A stretch of DNA of 64,000 bases from NCBI GenBank assembly GCA_035527755.1, contig DATKZX010000004.1:21014-85013 (forward strand), given 5' to 3'. Of this stretch, positions 43,579 to 53,748 are shown piece by piece (the first letter of the stretch is position 1; each line of letters begins with the position of its first letter). The position numbers and the translations under genes were made by a program. The notes beneath the pieces are model-generated. The model did not search any database, was not told where the DNA came from, and worked only from the letters and a program-made list of their open reading frames with translations. The DNA comes from Methanomassiliicoccales archaeon (GTDB taxonomy: Archaea; Thermoplasmatota; Thermoplasmata; Methanomassiliicoccales; UBA472).

Positions 43579-44376
43579 ATGCTCGTGTCCATAGTCCTCA
43601 AGATCAGGAACGAAGAGGATAACATAGCAGATGCCCTGGATTCCCTAGTGGTTCAGGAAGGTCCCATTGAGATCATCGTCGTCGATGGCAACAGTACCGA
43701 CGACACCCAGAACATCGTGAGAGAGTACGGGTCCCGCTTTCCGTTCGTGCACCTGTATGTGGCCGGAGGCACCAGAGGGGACAGTCTGAACTTCGGTTTG
43801 TCCAAGGCGACCGCCGACATCATCGCCCTGACCGACGGGGATTGCATCGCCAACCCCAACTGGGTGAAGGAGATACGCCACTGCGTTGTCGATAGGGGAG
43901 CGGACATGGTGGCAGGAAAGAGCATCAACATCGGCCTGAACGCGTGGGAGAAGCTGGACCGAGTGGAGCTCTACAACAAGGGCTTCGATTGTACCTGGCC
44001 CGGATGCAATCTGGCCTTCCGTAGGAAGGTCTTCGAGACGGTGGGGGGCGTAGATCCCTGGTTCATCACCGCCGAGGATATCGATTTTAACATCCGGGCA
44101 ACAAACGCTGGATTCAATCTGGTGTACAATCCCAAGGCCATCATCTACAATCGTACACGGGGAACGGTCTACGGATTCTTCAACCAGGCGTTCTGGAACG
44201 GGGCTGGAAGGAAACAGCTGACCCTGAAGCACGGCTCCCTGTGGACCAAGTACGATCCCTTGCGAATGTTCCGTCAACATATGACCTTCTGGGCCTTGAT
44301 GAGGCTGGTGTGTGCTTGGATGGGCTACCTGGCCTTCAAGTTGTTCGGGGAACTTCACCCCAATAGCAAAGCCTGA
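43579..44376 (+). CDS. Glycosyltransferase family 2
   Basis: The start was set at ATG 43579, with AAGGGGGG upstream. It has VSIVLKIRNEEDNI and IIVVDGNSTDDT, with a DxD-like LTDGDC. Confidence 0.7.
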   Translation: MLVSIVLKIRNEEDNIADALDSLVVQEGPIEIIVVDGNSTDDTQNIVREYGSRFPFVHLYVAGGTRGDSLNFGLSKATADIIALTDGDCIANPNWVKEIRHCVVDRGADMVAGKSINIGLNAWEKLDRVELYNKGFDCTWPGCNLAFRRKVFETVGGVDPWFITAEDIDFNIRATNAGFNLVYNPKAIIYNRTRGTVYGFFNQAFWNGAGRKQLTLKHGSLWTKYDPLRMFRQHMTFWALMRLVCAWMGYLAFKLFGELHPNSKA

Positions 44377-44424
44377 CAAGCATTATTAGCCAGTTCGGGT
44401 TATTACCCCGGGAGTTTGAATAAA

Positions 44425-45102
44425 ATGGACATCAGTGTCATCATTCCTACCATGAACGAGGAAGAGTCCATCGGCCAGGTCATAGACAGTGTGAAACTGG
44501 CCTTGAAAGGCTGGAATTATGAGATCCTGGTGATCGATACCAACTCCAAGGACCGCACCCGAGAGATCGCCGGAGAAAAAGGGGCGACAGTGGTGGAGGA
44601 ACCCCGGCGAGGTTACGGTCGAGCGTACAAGACCGGTTTCGAAAAGGCCCAGGGGAATGTGGTGGTCACTTTGGATGCCGACTGCACTTACCCTGCAGAA
44701 GATATCCCGCAGTTATACAACATGCTTTTTGACCAGGACCTGGAATTCATCACCACCAACCGTTTCGCGAAATTGGAGAAGGGAGCCATGACCACCAAGC
44801 ACCGCCTGGGCAACTTCCTCTTGACATTCACTTCCAACATGCTCTTCGGGGTCAAGATCAAAGATTCCCAGAGCGGGATGTGGACCTTCCGTAGGGAGGT
44901 GCTCGGACGCATCGTCCTCACCGACGATGGCATGCCCATGTCGGAGGAGATCAAGATAGAGGCCTTCCGCAAGGTTCGAAGCCGGGAGGTACCGATCGCC
45001 TATAGGTGTCGTGTGGGCGAGGTAAAACTCTCTAGCTGGAAGGACGGTAAGAAGAATCTTATGTTCCTTTATAAAAAACGTTTCGATCGCGCTCACAGGT
45101 AG
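44425..45102 (+). CDS. Glycosyltransferase family 2, dolichyl-phosphate mannose/glucose synthase-like
   Basis: It has MDISVIIPTMNEEESI, ILVIDTNSKDRT, GYGRAYKTGF and TLDADCTY. The ATG start is at 44425. Confidence 0.75.
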   Translation: MDISVIIPTMNEEESIGQVIDSVKLALKGWNYEILVIDTNSKDRTREIAGEKGATVVEEPRRGYGRAYKTGFEKAQGNVVVTLDADCTYPAEDIPQLYNMLFDQDLEFITTNRFAKLEKGAMTTKHRLGNFLLTFTSNMLFGVKIKDSQSGMWTFRREVLGRIVLTDDGMPMSEEIKIEAFRKVRSREVPIAYRCRVGEVKLSSWKDGKKNLMFLYKKRFDRAHR

Positions 45103-45620
45103 GTGACGGCGGTCCTTAGAGCCTCTCGGAGAACGTCCTTCGCTCCAGGGGTGTAAATGCAGGCCGAGGGATGGTAGGTCACCATCACCTTCAGTTCCAG
45201 ACCGTTCAGCTCCACATCGAACAGTTTATTGGCCGAATCCTTCATGACCACCTTTCTACCCAGTAGGCCCTCGGCGGCGCTGATGCCCAATGCCAGCACT
45301 AGACGTTTATCTGCCAGTTCCTCTAACAGATACGGGCGGCAGGCCAGCGCTTCCTTCGGAGAGGGGCGACGGTTCTCCGGCGGTCGGCATTTCACCGTGT
45401 TAGTGATCATCACTTTCTCCCTGTCCAGGCCGGCCTCCTGCATCAGCTTGTCCAATGTTCTTCCCGCCCGTCCTACGAAAGGTCTTCCGATCTCGTCCTC
45501 GTTGGCCCCGGGAGCCTCCCCTACCAGAGCCACCTTCGACAAGCGATCGCCCGATGGCGGCACCACTTGAATACGTCCATGCCATAGGGGGCAAAGACGA
45601 CATCCCGGGTCCAGCGACAT
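45093..45620 (-). CDS. udg: Uracil-DNA glycosylase, family 4
   Basis: It has CRLCPL and VGEAPGANEDEIGRPFVGRAGRTLDKLM, followed by HPS near the C-terminus. Confidence 0.85.
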   Translation of the reverse strand: MSLDPGCRLCPLWHGRIQVVPPSGDRLSKVALVGEAPGANEDEIGRPFVGRAGRTLDKLMQEAGLDREKVMITNTVKCRPPENRRPSPKEALACRPYLLEELADKRLVLALGISAAEGLLGRKVVMKDSANKLFDVELNGLELKVMVTYHPSACIYTPGAKDVLREALRTAVTYL

Positions 45621-46148
45621 TTAGTTCCCCAAAATATCGCTGGCGGCGATCAGGGACCTCATGTCCACGCCCATCTTGTGCAGGACCTCCCTTCCACCCT
45701 CCTCACGATCCACAACCGAGAAGACGGTGTCGACCACCGCTCCCGCTTGGCGGAGGGTGTCCACGGCATATACCGCTGAACCGGCCGAGGTGATTACGTC
45801 CTCCACCACTAGGACCGTCTCGCCCGGGGAAAGTTGCCCTTCGATGAGCTTGCTGGTGCCATGGTCCTTCTTCTCCTTGCGTACCATGACGAAGGGTATG
45901 CCGGTCCTCAGGGACAGGGCCACGGCCAATGGGATCGATCCCAGGGCGACCCCGGCGATCCGCTGGAAGCCGTGGTCAGGCCCCATGTCCTTGGCCATCA
46001 GCTCCGCTGTTAGCCCCAGGACCTTGGGGTCGGTGGTGGCCCTCTTGATGTCGATGTAGTATCTGCTCTTCTTGCCCGATGCCAGGGTGAAATCCCCGTA
46101 TAGGATGGCCCCACAACCTACCAGCGCGTTCTTCAATTCCTCGCTCAT
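45621..46148 (-). CDS. pyrE: Orotate phosphoribosyltransferase
   Basis: It has FTLASGKKSRYYIDIK and the PRPP loop VLVVEDVITSAGS. Confidence 0.9.
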   Translation of the reverse strand: MSEELKNALVGCGAILYGDFTLASGKKSRYYIDIKRATTDPKVLGLTAELMAKDMGPDHGFQRIAGVALGSIPLAVALSLRTGIPFVMVRKEKKDHGTSKLIEGQLSPGETVLVVEDVITSAGSAVYAVDTLRQAGAVVDTVFSVVDREEGGREVLHKMGVDMRSLIAASDILGN

Positions 46149-46152
46149 ATGA

Positions 46153-46716
46153 TCACCAAGGGACCTTCTTCAGTCCCAGCTTGAAGCCGATGATGTTGAC
46201 CCCCCGATGCAAGATCGGGGTTATCAGAAGCACTGCCAGTAAAGACACCCAGCCATCGTTCCGCCAGAAATTGTCCAGGAACCAGTCCGGGAACAGCAGC
46301 AGCACCAACAGTATCGATCCCAACAGGAAGTTGTATTGGTCCATCAGCGGTGCCTTGTTCCCTCGACCGATGTTCAACCGGCGCTTGATCATGGACCCGA
46401 CCAGGTCCCCGGCCAGAGAACCCACCGCCAGCACTATCACCACTACCAGGTTGGTGGGGAAGCTGCCGAATCCGAAGAAATCCAAACGGTCGAACGGGAA
46501 CGCCAAGTAAAGCTGGATTATGCCAAGGGATATCCCGGCGCAAATGCCCCCTATCAGACCGCGCCAGGTCTTTCCGTCGCCAAGCAGGCGCTTTCCCCTC
46601 CACGAGCGTCCCATATCCACTGGCAGGCCGCCACCGAACACCACCGCTGCCGAGTTGGGCAGGAAGGAAGGCAACATTAGCCAGAATCCTAGGAGAGCCA
46701 GTAGGAGGAGGTCCAT
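46153..46716 (-). CDS. carS: CDP-archaeol synthase (CarS, DUF46 family)
   Basis: It is a five-helix membrane protein with LPNSAAVVFGGG.PVD and LLGDGKTWRGLIGG, typical of archaeal CarS. Confidence 0.75.
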   Translation of the reverse strand: MDLLLLALLGFWLMLPSFLPNSAAVVFGGGLPVDMGRSWRGKRLLGDGKTWRGLIGGICAGISLGIIQLYLAFPFDRLDFFGFGSFPTNLVVVIVLAVGSLAGDLVGSMIKRRLNIGRGNKAPLMDQYNFLLGSILLVLLLFPDWFLDNFWRNDGWVSLLAVLLITPILHRGVNIIGFKLGLKKVPW

Positions 46717-46738
46717 AGGCGCGAATTCCCCCAGCCGG

Positions 46739-48649
46739 TTATGAACCTTTCGACCCCTCTCTTTCGCGGAAGAACTGCTGGATATCCTGCAGCGGCCTTT
46801 CCGTGGGCACCAGGTCCAAGCGGTCGGAGAACTGGGTTATGCGGCGGTCCAGGACCAGAGCGGCCCCTACGTCGCTCTCCGTGCGTATCAATCGTCCAAT
46901 GGCCTGCTGCAGCTTTCTTATCGCCGGTCCCTTCACTGTGTATTCCCAACCCTTACGGAACCTCAGTTCGTAATAGTGCAGAAGCGCCCTCTGCCGGGCC
47001 GTGGGCCTGGGATATGGAATGCCGATGACAATGGCCAGTTCCAACTCGTCCTCGGGGAAGTCGATGCCTTCGCTGATGCGTCCTCCCATCACTGCGAATA
47101 GGACCTGACCTTCGATCCGTCCTTCTTTGAAGCGGGTGACCACGTCCATCAGCTCCAGCTGGGCCATGCCCCTCTCCTCGAGATGCACCTTACGGGAAAT
47201 GCGTCGGGAGACGCCGTCATTGACAAAACGGTCCATGAGCGAATACGATGGAAAGAACACCACAGTGTTCCGGCGCACACCGTTGCATACCTGGACAACG
47301 TGATCCTCGATGGTAGCGACCATGTCCGGGCCTGATTGCATCTCCTCGTACTTGGTGGACACGTCCTCGACGTAGAACACCCGGCGATTCTCCTTGGGAA
47401 AAGGCGTGGGGAAGATCATCAGACCGGTCTCCAGGGGCAACCCTATGGAGTCGCGGTACTCGTTGAGGGGAACGAGCGTTCCGGACATGTGAACGCTGCC
47501 TCCGCACCCTAACAGTGATGATGTGGTCACCACCGGATCTATGCAATATGCCCTCAGGCAAGGATTATCGCCGCCCATGACCAGTTTCACGAAGCAATCC
47601 TCGTCCAGGGTGAACCAATAGCTTAGGAACGCCCCCAATGAATAAGTGAGGGAACGGGGAAGGCGGCCTTGGGAGAAGCGGGACTCACGGATGATCTCTC
47701 CCTGCTCCATGAGCAATTTGGACATGGCCATGAGCGAGTGGGAGGATGCTGTGAAAGTGGACATGAGATTCTCCTCCAGGAACGAAGGGGGGATCAGACC
47801 GTCCTCGTCTATCAGGTAATCACGCAGCGCTTCGTCCAAAACGAGGGAGCATGCCTCGCACACGTCGTGGACCCTGACGCCCTTGGCCAATTCGGGGTCC
47901 CCGAACTCCTCCACCTCCTTGATCACCATGTCCAGCATATATCTGGACAGCTGGAAGCTCTCGATCTCACGGGTGTAATCTGGGAGATTGTGCGCTTCGT
48001 CCACAATGAGCAGCACATCCTCCATGGAACAGTCCATCCAATCCATGAGGGAGTTGCGGATGAAGGGCATGAAGAAATATGCGTATGGCGCCGCAACCAC
48101 CCTGGCCTCTTTGACCAGCTCCTTCATCACCTCGTGCGGGCAGATGTTCAGCGAGTCGCAGTGATCGATCAGCTCCTCGGCCGTGGGCAGCGTACTCCTA
48201 CAGTGGTCCAATAACTGGTTCATATCCAGTTCCTGAAGCCCTTTGAAGAATCGGCAACCACCAGGTCGGTCTTCCAGCACCCTTCGTCGCTTGTCCCGGC
48301 ATATCCTTGAGAGCTCCTCTGGCGTTCCGGCGCTCAGCTCCTTGTCGCGACGGACGAGAGGGCAGGTGCCCCCCCGACCCTGTATGGCCACACCGAAAAT
48401 GGGAGCCTTCTCGTTGATCTTACGCAATTCCAGGATGACCTGTTTCTCTTGAGAGTTCGTCCTGGTCAGATAAAGTACTTTTTTGCCACTGGCCAGGGCC
48501 GCTTGGAGCGTTCCGGCCAAGGCACAGACCGTCTTGCCGCTCCCAGTGCCGCTTTCGAGCACCAGGTGCCCTTGGTCCAGCATGGTCCGCTCCACAGTCC
48601 TTACGAACTCAGCTTGGTTGGGACGGGGAGCATAAGGGAAAAGTTCCAC
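46739..48649 (-). CDS. xpd: XPD/Rad3-family 5'-3' DNA helicase (FeS-cluster type)
   Basis: It has Walker A ESGTGSGKT, a Cys cluster (GGTCPLV .. C .. C .. C) and the DEAH box (IVDEAHNL). The C-terminal helicase motifs include GRLIRTESD. Confidence 0.85.
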   Translation of the reverse strand: MELFPYAPRPNQAEFVRTVERTMLDQGHLVLESGTGSGKTVCALAGTLQAALASGKKVLYLTRTNSQEKQVILELRKINEKAPIFGVAIQGRGGTCPLVRRDKELSAGTPEELSRICRDKRRRVLEDRPGGCRFFKGLQELDMNQLLDHCRSTLPTAEELIDHCDSLNICPHEVMKELVKEARVVAAPYAYFFMPFIRNSLMDWMDCSMEDVLLIVDEAHNLPDYTREIESFQLSRYMLDMVIKEVEEFGDPELAKGVRVHDVCEACSLVLDEALRDYLIDEDGLIPPSFLEENLMSTFTASSHSLMAMSKLLMEQGEIIRESRFSQGRLPRSLTYSLGAFLSYWFTLDEDCFVKLVMGGDNPCLRAYCIDPVVTTSSLLGCGGSVHMSGTLVPLNEYRDSIGLPLETGLMIFPTPFPKENRRVFYVEDVSTKYEEMQSGPDMVATIEDHVVQVCNGVRRNTVVFFPSYSLMDRFVNDGVSRRISRKVHLEERGMAQLELMDVVTRFKEGRIEGQVLFAVMGGRISEGIDFPEDELELAIVIGIPYPRPTARQRALLHYYELRFRKGWEYTVKGPAIRKLQQAIGRLIRTESDVGAALVLDRRITQFSDRLDLVPTERPLQDIQQFFREREGSKGS

Positions 48650-48718
48650 GTCCGTCAGATGACAGCTTGGATAAATATGGTTGTCATAGGTTCACCGAAA
48701 GTGAACCCGGCCCTTCGA

Positions 48719-49273
48719 TCACTTGGCTCTCTGCCAATGGTCGTCGGGGATCTCGTCGTACACCGACGCGGAGTCGTCCAGCATCGCGCCCATTATATTG
48801 TTGGCGTTGATGAGCTGAAAAATTCTTTCTTTTCGGAATAGCCAATAATGAATGCGCCATTCCCGCCCGTCGTACAGAGTGGTCTCTTCCCTCTCAGTGG
48901 TAAGTATTCCGGTGTCCTCCAACTGATAGAAGGCGTCCCTGTCCTCCGGTTCCAGGATATTGTCGATTATCCTCTCGCTATAACCAAAGAAATTCAAAAC
49001 GTGTTGGGCCATGGACCGGGCCTGTTCATCGGGCATGCCATCGCGGTCTATCCCGTTCTTAATTGCCAAGGACAGGTCCTCGACGGTCAAAGTAGTGCAT
49101 TTTCCATCAAAACATATTTCAAAAGAAGCTTCCAAATCAGATCCTCCATTGCTTCCCAAAATCTCCAAATTCCCTGCACTCACATTTTCCACAATGGTGA
49201 AGGGGGCCGATTTTCGCGCCCCCTTGCTACCTAAAGGAAAAGATCGAGATGTACCACTTTTAATGCCTCTCAT
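48719..49273 (-). CDS. Hypothetical protein
   Basis: This 184-aa ORF has normal composition and lies directly upstream of, and co-directional with, xpd. I recognise no motif. Its most distinctive string is DGREWRIHYWLF. Confidence 0.4.
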   Translation of the reverse strand: MRGIKSGTSRSFPLGSKGARKSAPFTIVENVSAGNLEILGSNGGSDLEASFEICFDGKCTTLTVEDLSLAIKNGIDRDGMPDEQARSMAQHVLNFFGYSERIIDNILEPEDRDAFYQLEDTGILTTEREETTLYDGREWRIHYWLFRKERIFQLINANNIMGAMLDDSASVYDEIPDDHWQRAK

Positions 49274-49483
49274 CTAGAAATCCCTCAGTATAACGCTGAT
49301 GTTGAAATGCAATTGAAAAAAACTCACACTTTCTACATTATTTATAGTTTTGTTATTCGCCAAGAACCTCGGGTCGCCTAATATATATTATTATTTTATA
49401 TATAATTAAAAAACATATTAAAATATTGCTAAATTAAACATTGAATGGCCTATGCACAAAATATACATATCAAAGGTTGTAGA

Positions 49484-49780
49484 ATGTTAGCAGAATTTTC
49501 GGTCATACCGATAGGCTCAGGGACGAGCCTTAGCATGTACGTAGCGGAGTGTTTACACATTGTGAACGATAGTGGGTTACGATATCAGTTGACCCCCATG
49601 GGCACGATGATCGAAGGGGATGACGAGAAGGTCATGGCCGTGATATTGCGTTGCCACCGACGGGTTTTGGAGATCAGCGACCGGGTGGCGACCAACATTA
49701 AAATTGACGAACGAAAGGGACGTCACGACGAGATGGAACGAAGAGTGAGCAGCGTGATGGAGAAACAGGCCTGGCAATAG
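49484..49780 (+). CDS. MTH1187/YkoF-family (UPF0045) small ligand-binding protein
   Basis: The start was set at ATG 49484. MLAEFSVIPIGSGTSLSMYVA...L..SGLRYQLTPMGTMIEG matches the ferredoxin-like UPF0045 pattern. Confidence 0.7.
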   Translation: MLAEFSVIPIGSGTSLSMYVAECLHIVNDSGLRYQLTPMGTMIEGDDEKVMAVILRCHRRVLEISDRVATNIKIDERKGRHDEMERRVSSVMEKQAWQ

Positions 49781-49814
49781 AAGAAAGGGTTTGGAAGGTC
49801 GAGGGCGGTTACCC

Positions 49815-51422
49815 TCAGATGTTCATGTATTCCCTATTGCGCATGTGGCTGAGGACCAGGGATCGGGCGTCCTTGAAGTTCGGCAGGGCTTTGAGCTCCT
49901 CCACCACCTTCTTGCCCACTTCCTGATCGACGGATATGAGCATCAGCGCCTTGCCACCCTTGTCCGCCCTTCCCACGCCCATGCGGGCGATGTTGATCTC
50001 CCGCTGTCCCAGCAGGGTGCCGATCTTACCGATCATGCCCGGCATATCGTCGTGCTTGGTCAATAGGAAGTCGCCCTCCAGTGGCATGTCCAGGTCGAAC
50101 TCGTCCACACCTATGATGCGGCACAGGTCCGAGGGGAACACGGTACCGCGCACCTCTGCCTTGTTGCCGTTGGATGATATGCGCACCACCAGCATGTTGG
50201 TGTAATGGCTGCTCTCGTCCACCTTGGCCTCGACGACCTGTATCCCCTTATCCCGGGCAATGCTGCTGGCATTGATGATATTGGTGTTCTCGCCCACCAT
50301 GAGGGACAGTACACCGACCAGGGCCGAGACCGTCACCATTCGGGTATCCAGGTTGGCTATCTCCCCGTGGCATTCCACCTCGATCTTCTTGATCGGTCCG
50401 TCAGAAAGCTGGACGCAGAATGCTCCCATCTTTTCGGCCAGGCTCATGAAGGGGGCCACCTTTGGGTCCACCCGGCTTATCGGGACATTGACCGCGTTGG
50501 TGATCTTGTTGTCCACCAGGAACATCTTGACATGTTCGGCCATCTCGATGGAAACCTTCTCCTGTGCCTCCTTCGTAGAGGCACCGAGATGCGGAGTTAC
50601 CACCAAGTTATCAAGGGTCATGAGCTTGGAGCCTTTCGGCGGTTCGGTCTCGAACACGTCGAGTGCCGCTCCGGCGATGCGGCCGCTCTTCAGCGCCTCG
50701 TACAGCGCATCCTCGTCTATTATGCCGCCGCGGGCGCAGTTGATGATGAGCGCCGAAGGTTTCAGCATCTCCAGCTGGTCCTTGCCGATGAGATGGTGGG
50801 TGGTAGGGGTCAACGGCGCGTGTATGGTGACGAAGTCCGCTTCCTCCATGACCTTCTCCAACGGCAGTATCCGTACGCCCAGCTTGACCGCCATCTCCTG
50901 AGATATGAACGGGTCGTACCCGACCAGTTTCATCTGGAATGACTTGGCCCGCTTGGCCACCTCACCGCCGACACGCCCGATACCTACGATGCCCAGGGTC
51001 TTACCCAGGAGTTCGACACCGGTGAACTTGCTTCTCTCCCACTTCCCAGCCTTGACCGACGCATCGGCCCGCGGGATGTTGCGGGCCAGGGTCAACATCA
51101 TGGCCATAGTATGCTCCGCGGCCGAGATGATGTTGGCAGAAGGAGTGTTCATGACCAGGATGCCGTGGCGGGTGGCCGCGTCCACGTCCACGTTGTCCAC
51201 GCCCACGCCGGCCCTGCCTATCACGCGGAGCTTCTTACCGGCATTGACCACCTCGGCGGTCACCTTGGTGCCGCTGCGGACGATCAGCCCGTCGTACTCC
51301 CCTATGATCTTGAGCAGATCCTCGTGCGGTATCTTCGGTCGAACGTCGACCAGGACACCGGAGTCTCTGGTAAGCATCTCCAGGCCTTCTTTGGAAAGTT
51401 CATCGGTGACTAATAACTTCAT
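49815..51422 (-). CDS. serA: D-3-phosphoglycerate dehydrogenase with a C-terminal ACT domain
   Basis: It has the NAD motif GIVGIGRVGGEVAKRA and the catalytic RGG..DE and HLGAST. It is long (535 aa), with ASB and ACT domains. Confidence 0.9.
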   Translation of the reverse strand: MKLLVTDELSKEGLEMLTRDSGVLVDVRPKIPHEDLLKIIGEYDGLIVRSGTKVTAEVVNAGKKLRVIGRAGVGVDNVDVDAATRHGILVMNTPSANIISAAEHTMAMMLTLARNIPRADASVKAGKWERSKFTGVELLGKTLGIVGIGRVGGEVAKRAKSFQMKLVGYDPFISQEMAVKLGVRILPLEKVMEEADFVTIHAPLTPTTHHLIGKDQLEMLKPSALIINCARGGIIDEDALYEALKSGRIAGAALDVFETEPPKGSKLMTLDNLVVTPHLGASTKEAQEKVSIEMAEHVKMFLVDNKITNAVNVPISRVDPKVAPFMSLAEKMGAFCVQLSDGPIKKIEVECHGEIANLDTRMVTVSALVGVLSLMVGENTNIINASSIARDKGIQVVEAKVDESSHYTNMLVVRISSNGNKAEVRGTVFPSDLCRIIGVDEFDLDMPLEGDFLLTKHDDMPGMIGKIGTLLGQREINIARMGVGRADKGGKALMLISVDQEVGKKVVEELKALPNFKDARSLVLSHMRNREYMNI

Positions 51423-52516
51423 GCCATCTCCTCCATTACCTCATCCATCACGTTCAGCAGGTCCTGTATGTCTTTCTCGGACAGGTCACCCATGTGGCCA
51501 ACGCGGAACGTCTCATTCTTTACGCTACCATATCCAGGCGATATCTCAAATCCCTTTTGCCTCAGGCGCTTATCGAACTCTTTGAAGTCCATGCCGTTCA
51601 ATTTCACCACGGAAATGGTGTTTGAACGGTAGCCCTCCTCGGCGTAGAGGCCCAGACGTTTGGAGGCCCATTCCCTGACCATGTCAGCCATCCGCTGATG
51701 GCGGGCGTAGCGGTTCTGCACCCCTTCCCTCAATATCTTGTCCAATTGGTAGTCCAACCCATACATCAGGGATACTGGTGGGGTGGTGAGCGGAAGGTCC
51801 TTGTCCGCCAGTCTCTTGTACTGCATCAGATCTAGGTAGTAACCGCGATACTTCACTTTGGCCGCCTTTTCCATAAGGCGATCGGAGGCGCAGACCACAG
51901 CCAATCCGGGTGGTAGGGCCAATGCCTTCTGGCTACCGAACACTAACGCATCCAGGTCCAGCTTGCGCGGCTTCAGGTCCACCGCACCAACCGAGGTCAC
52001 TCCGTCGACCATGATCAGAGCCTCGCTCTGCTCCCTGATGCCCTCAACGATCTCGAATAACGGATTCAGTACTCCGGTGGATGACTCGTTCGATACTACG
52101 GTCACCGCCTCCACGTCCTTCTCCAACTTACCGGCCACGTGTTCTTTGCGCAGGGCCTTTCCCCACTCGGCGCTGATCTTCTGCACCTGTTTACCGTTCT
52201 CTTGAGCGATCAATTGCCAGCGGTCCCCGAAGGAACCGTTGGACAGCCCGGCCATCTTGTTCTCCACTGCGCTTCGCACGCAGCCCTCCAAGAACCCGGA
52301 GGCCGAGGCCGGGGCTAGGAACACCTCTGTGTCCACGTCAAGGACCTTGCGGATCTTCTCCACGACCCCGTGCTGAAGGTCCTGGTAGTCCTTGCCTCGA
52401 TGGACCATCATGGGTCTGTTCATAGAATCGAGAGTGTCCGGAAATACCTCCACCGGACCAACCGTGAAAAGTCTCCTGTTCAATTGAATCCCCTCATAGT
52501 GAACGCTTACCATCAA
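51419..52516 (-). CDS. Class V aminotransferase (phosphoserine / serine-glyoxylate aminotransferase-like)
   Basis: The PLP-lysine context is FGSQKALALPPG. It overlaps serA by 4 nt, which suggests a serine-pathway operon. Confidence 0.8.
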   Translation of the reverse strand: MMVSVHYEGIQLNRRLFTVGPVEVFPDTLDSMNRPMMVHRGKDYQDLQHGVVEKIRKVLDVDTEVFLAPASASGFLEGCVRSAVENKMAGLSNGSFGDRWQLIAQENGKQVQKISAEWGKALRKEHVAGKLEKDVEAVTVVSNESSTGVLNPLFEIVEGIREQSEALIMVDGVTSVGAVDLKPRKLDLDALVFGSQKALALPPGLAVVCASDRLMEKAAKVKYRGYYLDLMQYKRLADKDLPLTTPPVSLMYGLDYQLDKILREGVQNRYARHQRMADMVREWASKRLGLYAEEGYRSNTISVVKLNGMDFKEFDKRLRQKGFEISPGYGSVKNETFRVGHMGDLSEKDIQDLLNVMDEVMEEMA

Positions 52517-52613
52517 ATATGTTTTGCCTGCCGGAACCCTCGGCAGACCCCGATGTCGGTCGGGTGACGTTAGAGGGTAAAAAACAGGATTTGAAATATG
52601 TTTCCATGCCCGC

Positions 52614-53648
52614 TCACTGGCGCAGTAGGCGGTTCAACCGGGCCACGGCCTCGTCCACATCTACTGAATCGATGCCGTAATGGGTCACGAAGCGCACTCG
52701 ACCGATGCCGAACTCGAAGACCTGCACCCCGATCTTTCCCAATCTGTTGACACAGGTCTCAGCGCTCATTCCAGTACCAGTGATATCAGCCATAACGATG
52801 TTGGTCTCGACCGCATCCATATCGACCTCAACACCAGGAAGTGATGACAGCCCCGATGCCAGCCTCTTGGCGTTACTATGGTCGTCCCTGAGCCGCCCTA
52901 CCATCTTCTGCAACCCCACGATCCCGGGGGCGGCGATGATGCCGGCCTGTCTCATACCCCCTCCGACCATCTTTCGGTTCCTTTTTGCCTGCTCGATGAA
53001 CTCCGCGTTCCCCACAACCATCGAGCCTACCGGGCATGATAATCCCTTGGACAGGCAGAAACTTAGACTGTCCAGATGCCTCATGTAGTCCTTGACATCG
53101 ACATCCAGGGCTACAGCGGCGTTGAATATTCGGGCGCCATCACAATGGACCTTGAGGCCATGATCGTGGGCTACCTTGGCCACGGCGGCGACCTCTGCCG
53201 GGGTCCACACCGATCCGCCTCCGCGGTTGTGTGTGTTCTCTATGCACACCAACCGAGAGATGGGGTAGTGCAGGTCGGGGATCCGAATATGCTCCTCCAA
53301 CTGCTCGGGTGAGAACTTACCTCTGGTCCCCGGTATCAGACTGGGGATCGCACCCACCAATGCCGCTATGCCCCCCAGTTCGTAATAGTAGATATGGGCT
53401 TCCGATTCCATAAGGACCTCGTCCCCTCTCTGACAGTGGGACATCAGTGAGACAAGGTTGCCCATGGTACCGCTGGCCATCAGTAATGAGCCTTCGGTAC
53501 CGAACATCTCGGCTGCTATGGCCTGCAGCTGGTTGACCGTGGGGTCCTCGGCTTCCACGTCGTCCCCCAGCTCGGCGGACGGTATGCTATCCATCATCTC
53601 CTTGGTAGGCAAGGTGAAGGTGTCGCTCCTAAGATCAATACGGCGCAA
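52614..53648 (-). CDS. ltaE: Low-specificity L-threonine aldolase
   Basis: It has IDLRSDTFTLPT and GTMGN, and LSKGL with the PLP Lys. I moved the start to TTG 53648 (M-RRIDLRSDT), which has GGAGAGGT upstream. The track's 65 extra N-terminal residues overlap the divergent Trm112 gene and look non-homologous. Confidence 0.8.
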   Translation of the reverse strand: MRRIDLRSDTFTLPTKEMMDSIPSAELGDDVEAEDPTVNQLQAIAAEMFGTEGSLLMASGTMGNLVSLMSHCQRGDEVLMESEAHIYYYELGGIAALVGAIPSLIPGTRGKFSPEQLEEHIRIPDLHYPISRLVCIENTHNRGGGSVWTPAEVAAVAKVAHDHGLKVHCDGARIFNAAVALDVDVKDYMRHLDSLSFCLSKGLSCPVGSMVVGNAEFIEQAKRNRKMVGGGMRQAGIIAAPGIVGLQKMVGRLRDDHSNAKRLASGLSSLPGVEVDMDAVETNIVMADITGTGMSAETCVNRLGKIGVQVFEFGIGRVRFVTHYGIDSVDVDEAVARLNRLLRQ

Positions 53649-53748
53649 ATCAACCTCTCCAGCCAGCGCGATAAGGGGCAGTGGATAAATAGTTAGCGAC
53701 CCGCCTCTATGAAAGGTTGATATGTGCCCTGATCGGTACATTGTTCCC

